From Bacillus renqingensis (lineage in GTDB: Bacteria > Bacillota > Bacilli > Bacillales > Cytobacillaceae): DNA of 24,000 nt. Under the pieces are notes generated by a model. It saw nothing but the letters and a program-made list of their open reading frames with translations. It did not search any database and was not told the DNA's origin. A program made the translations under genes and the position numbers. The stretch covers positions 1-24,000 of the forward strand of contig JADDIU010000034.1 of assembly GCA_016464375.1 (NCBI GenBank). Direction: 5' to 3'. The stretch's first letter is position 1; every line of letters begins with the position of its first letter. Below are positions 15,430 to 22,954 of this stretch, piece by piece.

Positions 15430-16911
15430 CTAGTCTAAGTTCACCCAAACACTTTTAATTTCTGTATAGCTTTCAAGGGCATATGCACTCAAATCTCTGC
15501 CAAATCCTGATTGTTTGTAACCGCCGAATGGGGAGGCCGGGTCGATAGCGTCGTAACAGTTAATCCATATGCTGCCGGATTTTAGTTGATTGGCAATTTT
15601 GTGAGCCGTATTGACGTTTTCTGTCCAGATGCCTGCACCTAATCCATATGGTGAGTTATTGGCCCGTTCAATTACTTCTTCAACCGTATCATATACCATT
15701 ACCACGACAACAGGACCGAAGATTTCTTCCTTGGCAATAGTCATGCTTTCTTCAACATCCACAAAGATGGTCGGTTCAATAAAATACCCTATGTCTGTTT
15801 TTCCACCCCCTGCTACAATCCTTGCCCCCTCTTGTATACCAATTTTGATATATTCAAAAACACGTTCCTGCTGCCTTTTTGATACAAGTGGCCCCATTGA
15901 TGTATCTTCTTCTAATCCGTTTCCTATCTTAACTTTTTTCGCTAGTTCAACCAGTCCGGCAACAACTTCATCGTATTGCTTCCGATGAACATATACCCGA
16001 GAACCGGCACTGCACACTTCTCCTTGATTGAACATAATACCATAAAACACCCCGGGAATGGCTTTTGAAAGATCCGCATCCGGAAGAATAATATTAGGTG
16101 ACTTTCCTCCAAGCTCAAGGGTTAATCGTTTCATGGTATCAGCGGCTTTTTTCATAATTTGCTTTCCGATTGCCGTTGAACCTGTAAACGAAATTTTGTT
16201 AACATCAGGGTGTTCTACGATCGCATTCCCGGCAATCGCCCCAAAACCAGGAACGATATTGATGACACCAGGAGGAAAACCAGCTTTTTCAACAAGTTCT
16301 GCAAAATAAAGAGCTGATAACGGAGTCTGTTCTGCCGGCTTTAATATAATTGTACAGCCGGCAGCTAATGCTGGCGCTACTTTCCAAGAAACCATATTAA
16401 TTGGGTAGTTCCAAGGAATAATTTGCCCTACTACGCCAACCGGCTCTGGACGAGTATAATTCAAGAAAGAACCGGCAACCGGAATAGTTTGTCCCATTAC
16501 CTTCGTCGCCCAACCGGCAAAATAGCGGAATTGTTCAATTGTTCCCGGCAGATCTACTGTCCGTGTTTCATTAATCGGTTTCCCATTGTCAATCGTATCT
16601 AACTGGGCCAATTCTTCCTGATGTTCCTCTACCAAATCCGCTAATTTATAGATTAATCTTGCCCTTTCAGCAGCGGATATTTTTAGCCATGGACCCTCTT
16701 CAAAAGCAGCTTTTGCTGCCTTTACCGCTAAAACGATATCTTCTCTTCCCGCTTCATAGACTGTAGCCAATACCTGTCCGGTAGCTGGATTATAGGTTTC
16801 AAATGTTTTAGAAGAGTGGGATTCTACAAATTCACCATTTATATAAAGCTTTTTTGTTTCTTTTAAAAACTCTGTCACTTTACTGCTCATTTTTAATAAT
16901 TGATTCGCCAC
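15430..16911 (-). CDS. NAD(P)+-dependent aldehyde dehydrogenase (ALDH superfamily; aminoaldehyde/betaine-aldehyde-DH-like)
   Basis: The catalytic motifs LELGGKSP (Glu) and FNQGEVCSAGSR (Cys), plus the C-terminal PFGGYKQSGFGR, are present. The start is probably GTG 16911, which has AAGGAGG 7 nt upstream. The track ATG 16917 is only 1 nt from the RBS, and ATG 16890 is another option. Confidence 0.88.
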   Translation of the reverse strand: MANQLLKMSSKVTEFLKETKKLYINGEFVESHSSKTFETYNPATGQVLATVYEAGREDIVLAVKAAKAAFEEGPWLKISAAERARLIYKLADLVEEHQEELAQLDTIDNGKPINETRTVDLPGTIEQFRYFAGWATKVMGQTIPVAGSFLNYTRPEPVGVVGQIIPWNYPINMVSWKVAPALAAGCTIILKPAEQTPLSALYFAELVEKAGFPPGVINIVPGFGAIAGNAIVEHPDVNKISFTGSTAIGKQIMKKAADTMKRLTLELGGKSPNIILPDADLSKAIPGVFYGIMFNQGEVCSAGSRVYVHRKQYDEVVAGLVELAKKVKIGNGLEEDTSMGPLVSKRQQERVFEYIKIGIQEGARIVAGGGKTDIGYFIEPTIFVDVEESMTIAKEEIFGPVVVVMVYDTVEEVIERANNSPYGLGAGIWTENVNTAHKIANQLKSGSIWINCYDAIDPASPFGGYKQSGFGRDLSAYALESYTEIKSVWVNLD

Positions 16912-16940
16912 CAACATTCCTCCTTATCTTTATAAAGAAA

Positions 16941-16981
16941 CAGGTCAGAGATCAGGCAGTTTCCACTTTTTCTCTAACCTG
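16941..16981 (-). other. Intercistronic imperfect stem-loop between the aminotransferase and ALDH genes
   Basis: CAGGT.AGAG ... CTCT.ACCTG forms 5+4 bp with one internal mismatch and a 21-nt loop. It is followed on the minus strand by TTTCTTT. It could be a weak attenuator or an mRNA processing/stability element. Confidence 0.2.
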
Positions 16982-16996
16982 TACAATTAAATTTAA

Positions 16997-18373
16997 TTAA
17001 AGTGTTTTTTCAAAAGCAGTAAGGGAATCATCTATAATACTAATGATCTCCTCAACCTCTTCTTTATTAATAATTAGCGGCGGAGCAATGGCAACGATAT
17101 TCTTACCTTCCTCAAAATCAGCAGCTCTTAAGATTAATTTGTTATTAAAACAATGATCAACAACAAAAGCAGCTGCACGAATTGATTGTTCAAATGGTGT
17201 ATCTGTATCACGATCTGCTTGTAAGTCAAAACCGGCAAGTAAACCTAATGCCCTTGGCTTTGCGAAATGAGGATGCTTATCTGCTAAATAAGCAAAACCC
17301 TTTTTAAGTACTGCCTCCATGTTGTTTACATTTTCAAGAAGATTATCTCTTTCAAAAATTTCTATATTCTTTAACGCTACAGCACAGGCGGTTGGATGAC
17401 CGCTATACGTAAATCCGTGGCCTAAAATTTGATCGTATTCAACAATGGCATCTCTAATCTCCTTATTAACCAATACTCCTCCTAATTGTGCATAGCCGCT
17501 TGTAATTCCTTTTGCGACACTCATAATATCAGGAATAACATTCCAATTATCTACACCAAACCATTTTCCCGTCCGTCCGAAACCGCAAATAACTTCGTCT
17601 GCGATTAATAAAATGTCATTCGCTTGACAGAGATTTTTTACAGCCTTTAAATAACCATCTGGGGAAACATGAACTCCTCCTGCCCCTTGAACTGGTTCAA
17701 GAATAACCGCCGCAATATTTTCGGAACCTACTTTTTCAATTGTGTCGCGGATACATCCTTCATAATTTGGATCCGTTTTATCACCTAATTCACAATTGGT
17801 TACTTGCCCTCTGGCATTGATGATATCTATATCCCTTGAGCCTGCAAAATTATGGAAGGCATCGATACCTGTTGCAGTACCAGCTGAAACAGTAGCTCCA
17901 TGGTAGCTTCGATTGATGGAGATAATTTTCTTCTTAGTTGGACGCCCTTTTAGATTCCAATAAAATCTTGCCAATTTAAAAGCTGTGTCGTTAGATTCAG
18001 AGCCGCCAGAAGTAAAGAAGATGGCAGATAAATCTCCTGGCGTGATGGAAACTACCTTTTCCGCTAAGCGAACGGCATTGGGATTGGAGTATCCGTAAAA
18101 TGAAGAGCTGTATGCAATTAAGCTCATTTGATCAAATGCAGCCTGAGCAAGCTCCTTATTTCCATGACCTAAGTTGACATTCCATAACATTGAAACACCA
18201 TCAATATAGGTATCTCCCTTTATATCGGTTACATAAATCCCATTTCCTTCTTTGAAAATAATTTTCGGCCCTTTTTCCTGAAACAATCTGGGTACCGTTG
18301 TCGGATGTAAAAAATGTTTTTTGTCTGCTTCAATTAATTTTTCAATTTGGGAAACTGTTTGCGGACTTGCCAT
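16997..18373 (-). CDS. Class-III PLP-dependent aminotransferase (omega-amino acid / diamine:pyruvate or 2-oxoglutarate type)
   Basis: The motifs FFTSGGSESNDTAFKLAR and LIADEVICGFGRTGKWFG are present, together with the PLP-lysine context SVAKGITSGY. The product is 458 aa, with the RBS TAGGAGG upstream. Confidence 0.88.
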   Translation of the reverse strand: MASPQTVSQIEKLIEADKKHFLHPTTVPRLFQEKGPKIIFKEGNGIYVTDIKGDTYIDGVSMLWNVNLGHGNKELAQAAFDQMSLIAYSSSFYGYSNPNAVRLAEKVVSITPGDLSAIFFTSGGSESNDTAFKLARFYWNLKGRPTKKKIISINRSYHGATVSAGTATGIDAFHNFAGSRDIDIINARGQVTNCELGDKTDPNYEGCIRDTIEKVGSENIAAVILEPVQGAGGVHVSPDGYLKAVKNLCQANDILLIADEVICGFGRTGKWFGVDNWNVIPDIMSVAKGITSGYAQLGGVLVNKEIRDAIVEYDQILGHGFTYSGHPTACAVALKNIEIFERDNLLENVNNMEAVLKKGFAYLADKHPHFAKPRALGLLAGFDLQADRDTDTPFEQSIRAAAFVVDHCFNNKLILRAADFEEGKNIVAIAPPLIINKEEVEEIISIIDDSLTAFEKTL

Positions 18374-18615
18374 GTATCATTACCTCCTAAAATAAAATAA
18401 TAAATAGTTGAATATGTTTAAACCTTGGCTGCTCCTTTACTATAAAACAATAAGACTTACAATATAGTTGTGAAATTCAGGAACTATTAAGGAAATATTC
18501 CATAAATATAAAGTACATAATATTTTGAATATTGTCAACAGTTTTATTCTATCATCTGTCTACTCTATAGGGACAAATGCTATACTTTGTTCATAATCAG
18601 TGGCGCCTCCTACTG

Positions 18616-20055
18616 TTAGGATGTAACCGGTGAATTCTTCGATTGATCTAAGAGTACTTCCTGTTCTTCCACTGGCAAACGGTTGATCCTTATATTTGAG
18701 TATCCATAGATGATCGCAACAAAAGTGCTGATGTAACAGAAAAAGGCATATGGGGCATAATCTAAAGCAGAGACTTTAAGGACAGAGAACATGAAAATAC
18801 CACATGTTGTCCATGGAAGAAGACAAGCTGTTACGGTACCACAATCCTCTAAAGTTCTTCCTAATAATTTTGGATGAAAACCTCGTTTTTTATATTCATT
18901 TAAAAACATACGGCCCGGTATTACGACTGACATAAATTGGTCACAACCAACAATATTCGATGTTATACATGTAGCAGCTGTTGCTCCGATTAAACTTCCT
19001 GTACGTTTTATTTTCCTTAGCATTCCACCAAGGATTGCTTCTAGTACTCTTACTTTCTCAAGCGTGGCTCCGAAAGATAACGCAATTAGAATCAGAGACA
19101 CCGTATACATCATGCTTTGAATTCCACCTTGGTTCAACAGCTCATCCGTTACTTTATTTCCTGTTTCAGTACTAAAGCCATTATTCATGATTGATAGCAT
19201 GTCACCTAATGAAACATGTTGGACAATCATAGCAATGATGGCACCGATAATAACACCAACTGATAAACCTGGAATTGCGGGAATCTTTAATACAAAAATT
19301 AAAAAGATAAAGATTAAAGGCAGTAATAACCATGGTGAAATAGTAAAATGCTCCGAAAGAATTTTTTGAACATTTGTGGCCATTGATAAGTCGACATGAT
19401 CTCCATGAAATTTAAATCCCAGTAGTGTATATAAAAGCAGTGAAATAAGGAGTGTGGGAACAGTTGTATTCATAAGATTACGAATATGTTCAAAGAGATC
19501 TACCCCTACTACCGCCGAGGTGAAATTTGTTACGTCTGATAAGGGGCTCATTTTATCCCCAAAATAGACTCCGGAAACTACTGCACCTGCCACCATTGGT
19601 AATGGAATTCCTAAACCTTGACCAATTCCCATTAATGCTACACCAATAGTCCCGGCAGCAAACCAAGCATTCCCTGCCATACTAACAAGAACAGATATAA
19701 TACAAGCAGTAACCAAAAAAAAGGTTGGCGATAATATCCCAATCCCATAATAAATCATCGAAGGAACAATTCCTGCAGCCACCCATGCACCAATAAATGC
19801 CCCAATTATCACAAGGATTAACAATGCTTTAATAGATACAGCTATTGTTTTTGAGATATCTTCCTCAATTGATTTCCAAGAATGCCCCAGTTTCAAGGCA
19901 ACAATCACTGCAACAACTGTACTTAATAAAAGAGGAACATGCGGGTCAGCACCGTATACTCCGATACCAATTGCAAGGGCAGCTCCCATAAAAACAATTG
20001 GTATTAGTGCAATCCATACGGGAGGTAATTCATTCCCAGCCTTTCCCTGTTTCAT
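18616..20055 (-). CDS. NhaC-family membrane transporter (Na+/H+ antiporter family; substrate unknown)
   Basis: The 479-aa polytopic protein has an N-terminal pattern (...HVPLLLSTVVAVIVALKLGHSWKSIEE...) typical of the NhaC/MleN family. The RBS AGGAGAG lies 7 nt upstream of the ATG. Confidence 0.8.
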   Translation of the reverse strand: MKQGKAGNELPPVWIALIPIVFMGAALAIGIGVYGADPHVPLLLSTVVAVIVALKLGHSWKSIEEDISKTIAVSIKALLILVIIGAFIGAWVAAGIVPSMIYYGIGILSPTFFLVTACIISVLVSMAGNAWFAAGTIGVALMGIGQGLGIPLPMVAGAVVSGVYFGDKMSPLSDVTNFTSAVVGVDLFEHIRNLMNTTVPTLLISLLLYTLLGFKFHGDHVDLSMATNVQKILSEHFTISPWLLLPLIFIFLIFVLKIPAIPGLSVGVIIGAIIAMIVQHVSLGDMLSIMNNGFSTETGNKVTDELLNQGGIQSMMYTVSLILIALSFGATLEKVRVLEAILGGMLRKIKRTGSLIGATAATCITSNIVGCDQFMSVVIPGRMFLNEYKKRGFHPKLLGRTLEDCGTVTACLLPWTTCGIFMFSVLKVSALDYAPYAFFCYISTFVAIIYGYSNIRINRLPVEEQEVLLDQSKNSPVTS

Positions 20056-20247
20056 TCACTCACTCTCCTAACATCAAAATTGATTTGCCAGTCGGTATTA
20101 CCCAGAAGTATTTATATCCGCCATTTTCCTTGCTTCGAAATTACCATCATCTAAACCTTTAAGATATATTCCACCTCCTTTACAGATTTCTTTATCACTT
20201 TCCTTCATTTTACAATCGGAATATATCCTTAAATATTCCTTATTTAC

Positions 20248-20276
20248 ACTATACAAATAGTTTTTTTACAAGTCAA
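20248..20276 (-). promoter_or_regulatory. Strong sigma-A-type promoter for the NhaC-family gene (TTGACT-N17-TATAGT)
   Basis: The minus strand carries the -35 box TTGACT (20276-20271), an exact 17-nt spacer and the -10 box TATAGT (20253-20248). This predicts a leader of about 185 nt before the ATG at 20055. Confidence 0.6.
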
Positions 20277-20401
20277 TAATAACATCGAATATTTAGAAAA
20301 TTATAATTATATCAAACTATATTGTTAATTGTCCGATTTTTAAAGGCATTTCAAACTTACCTTTCCACACCCTCATCCATGTTTAATTAAAATCTGCGTA
20401 T

Positions 20402-21643
20402 TTAGTCTAGTTGCTTATCAAGATGAATCAAAGCGTGCAGCATCAGGTTTCCAGCTTTTCTAATATCTTCAGGGCTGCTATACTCTTCAGAACAATGACT
20501 TTTTCCGTCTTTACTTTTCACAAAAATCATCGCGGACTTTGTAACTGAAGCCATATGTGCTGCATCATGAACCGCCATACTGGAAAGTGTCAGATATGGC
20601 TCATTTAATTCTTCCGCTGTATTTTGCAGAACTGAAACAATTTCTGAATCCAGGATAATAGGACTTTGATTTAAAAAAACCTTCTCCTCGATTTCCACTT
20701 TTCTTTCATTTGCAATCTGCATCCAATTATCTTGTATTTTTTTTACTACTGTTTGGATTTGCTCTTCTGAGTCTCCTCTTATTTCAAATGTAAACTCAAC
20801 CATTCCAGGTATGATATTGGTCGCATTCGGAAATACATGGAGCTTTCCAACCGTTCCTACCAAATCATTTTTCTCACTTTTACAAATATGTTCAATATGC
20901 AGGATAATTTCCGCTGCTGCCGTCAAGGCGTCCTTTCGGTGTTCCATCATAGTCGTACCGGAATGGTTCGCTTGACCGTTTACCCTCACCCTACTTCGAT
21001 ACATCCCCACTACCTTATCGACAACAGCGACTGAAATGTTTTTACTTTCAAGACGCTTTCCCTGTTCAATATGAAGCTCAATAAATCCCTTTTTTTCCTT
21101 GAATGATCTTTCCATCTCGGGGAAATTTTCTAGTGATCCGCCCACCTCTCTCAATTGATCCTTTAAGAAGTTCCCTTTTGAATCCCGTACATCTTCCAGT
21201 GCTGTTTTTGTCAATTTCCCTGTATATGCCCTGCTACCGAACGTTGATAAATTGAAATCATTTGACTCCTCAGCTGTAAAAGATACAATCTCTACATCAT
21301 GATCTAAAATGATTCCATTCTCAATAAGTGTCCTTATTACTTCCTTCGCTGTTAGAACACCAAGTGGTCCATCATACTTACCACCATTGGGAACAGAGTC
21401 CAAATGGGAACCGATGACAAGACAACCTTCCTTCTTTCCGGATCCTTTTAACCTTCCCCAAGTATTTGCGGCACCATCAATTGTAACCGCTAATCCCATG
21501 TCCTCTAATTCATTGATAAATAGCTCACGGACAAGCTTGTCAGCCTGTGAAAAACTAGGTCTGGTAATCCCCCCTTCTAAACTTTCTCCATACTTTGCAT
21601 ATTTTTCAAGGTCCACCAACAATCTTTCAATATTTATCTGCAT
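20402..21643 (-). CDS. M20-family Zn-dependent amidohydrolase (allantoate amidohydrolase / N-carbamoyl-amino-acid hydrolase / beta-ureidopropionase family)
   Basis: The characteristic motifs ITRPSFS...D and IGSHLDSVPNGGKYDGPLGV are present in a 413-aa product, matching the 'hydantoinase/carbamoylase-family amidase' group. Confidence 0.85.
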   Translation of the reverse strand: MQINIERLLVDLEKYAKYGESLEGGITRPSFSQADKLVRELFINELEDMGLAVTIDGAANTWGRLKGSGKKEGCLVIGSHLDSVPNGGKYDGPLGVLTAKEVIRTLIENGIILDHDVEIVSFTAEESNDFNLSTFGSRAYTGKLTKTALEDVRDSKGNFLKDQLREVGGSLENFPEMERSFKEKKGFIELHIEQGKRLESKNISVAVVDKVVGMYRSRVRVNGQANHSGTTMMEHRKDALTAAAEIILHIEHICKSEKNDLVGTVGKLHVFPNATNIIPGMVEFTFEIRGDSEEQIQTVVKKIQDNWMQIANERKVEIEEKVFLNQSPIILDSEIVSVLQNTAEELNEPYLTLSSMAVHDAAHMASVTKSAMIFVKSKDGKSHCSEEYSSPEDIRKAGNLMLHALIHLDKQLD

Positions 21644-21685
21644 GTTCCAATCTAACCCTCACTTTTCTCGAAATGACCATAATAA

Positions 21686-22363
21686 TCACTCGTCCCCTTT
21701 CACACCATAGGAAGGAGCGGTTTCGGGTTCAAGCGCTCTCACTTTATAATTTTCCGCTTGAGGGCCATATATCCCCCAAAGTTTCTTTAAATTATTGAGA
21801 GGGTCATCGTCATAATCAATTCTTAAGTCGACATATGCAAATGGAAGATCCGGCTGATAAATCAACAGTGCAATCGAATGCTCCTGGTCAAGCTCCCCTC
21901 CCATATCAAAACCTAATTCAATCGTAGAAATCAGCTTTTCTGCTAAAGGAAGATCCTGTAGTTTACTAAAATGAAGACCCATCATGCTAGGTATGGTTGA
22001 ATCGCTCAAAAGATTTCCAATACAGGCTACATTGTCTGTATAAAATTCGCCATAATTTCCAAGCACCCGGTTACCGGTAAAAACACTCGCCCCTCCATGT
22101 GTATCAATAACAGCTAATTGTCGATATTCAGGATAATCTGAAGCCGCTGCCATCGTCCGGATTGCTGCTTGTGCATCATACCCTTTTTCTAAAGTGAGTA
22201 ATCCAATATCAGCTAAGCGGGGGTCGGTCACATTTTGTGTAAGTATTACTCCAACGTTTGATTTGATCCAGGGACATCGCGCCCCAACAGCTGGACTGCT
22301 TGATGTAACAATTGCCCCTAATGCACCAGTAGTTGCACATCGTGCCGCCACGGAAAAGGTCAT
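21686..22363 (-). CDS. DUF1028-family protein (Ntn-hydrolase-like fold), function unknown
   Basis: From ATG 22363 the N-terminus is MTFSVAARC..TGALGAIVTSSSPAVGARCPW, typical of DUF1028, with Thr directly after the initiator Met. A perfect RBS AAAGGAGG lies 7 nt upstream. The track start 22405 adds 14 aa with no RBS. Confidence 0.75.
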   Translation of the reverse strand: MTFSVAARCATTGALGAIVTSSSPAVGARCPWIKSNVGVILTQNVTDPRLADIGLLTLEKGYDAQAAIRTMAAASDYPEYRQLAVIDTHGGASVFTGNRVLGNYGEFYTDNVACIGNLLSDSTIPSMMGLHFSKLQDLPLAEKLISTIELGFDMGGELDQEHSIALLIYQPDLPFAYVDLRIDYDDDPLNNLKKLWGIYGPQAENYKVRALEPETAPSYGVKGDE

Positions 22364-22382
22364 TTTATTTCCTCCTTTAAAT

Positions 22383-22428
22383 AAAAAGCGGAGCAGCAAA
22401 AACAATTCACCTCTAAATTGCTGTCCGC
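22383..22428 (-). terminator. Weak terminator-like hairpin between the RidA and DUF1028 genes
   Basis: The minus strand reads GCGGAcAGC-N22-GCTgcTCCGC followed by TTTTTATTT, immediately before the DUF1028 RBS. The stem is interrupted (5+3 bp) and the loop is large. Confidence 0.25.
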
Positions 22429-22471
22429 ACTATTCGGTATTGTAAAAGTTTACTAGTTTCCAATAAATTAT

Positions 22472-22903
22472 TTACTCTTCATCACTAATAACTGCTTCAA
22501 CATCAATCTCTACAAGCATTTCCGGAAGGGCAAGTCCGCTGACAACAAGACCAGTGCTAACAGGGTAAACACCTTTAAAATGTTTCGCAATTACACTATA
22601 AGCATCCTTACGATAGGATCGATCTGTTAAATACGTAGTAATTTTACAAACATCCTCCATTTTAGCGCCTGCTTCTTCCAAAAGCTGTTTAATACAGCGG
22701 CATGCATTTTCTGTTTGCTCAATTACATCTCCTACACCATGAAAATTCCCCTCTATGTCAAATCCTGTTTGTCCTCTCATATAAATATGGTTCCCAGCAC
22801 GCACAACCATGCAAAACTCATTTGAAACATGATGAGATTCTTCTCCAAAATTAGGAGGATAAAACTTGTTGGTTTCAAATTTACGCAATCTTTTATGGAC
22901 CAT
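22472..22903 (-). CDS. RidA/YjgF/YER057c-family protein (enamine/imine deaminase family)
   Basis: The 143-aa product has the family pattern ...YMRGQTG...G....QT...C.KQLLEEAGAKMEDVCKITTYLTD...Y and a C-terminal ...LVEIDVEAV. The RBS AAAGGAG lies upstream. Confidence 0.8.
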   Translation of the reverse strand: MVHKRLRKFETNKFYPPNFGEESHHVSNEFCMVVRAGNHIYMRGQTGFDIEGNFHGVGDVIEQTENACRCIKQLLEEAGAKMEDVCKITTYLTDRSYRKDAYSVIAKHFKGVYPVSTGLVVSGLALPEMLVEIDVEAVISDEE

Positions 22904-22954
22904 TTTCCATTACTCCTTTTACTTTATAATGATAAAGTGATTGTCATAATACCC

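Noticed and set aside
15325-15441. A 38-codon + strand ORF (MIFIFMYEKYHSIMDCGKK...) in the galE/ALDH intergenic region.
   Set aside because: It has no RBS and runs straight through the ALDH terminator hairpin into the convergent gene's end. It is most likely fortuitous.
18500-18545. A promoter for the aminotransferase gene based on a perfect TTGACA on the minus strand.
   Set aside because: No acceptable -10 hexamer lies at 16-18 nt spacing; the best candidate is TACTTT. The -35 match alone is insufficient, and transcription may come from nhaC read-through.
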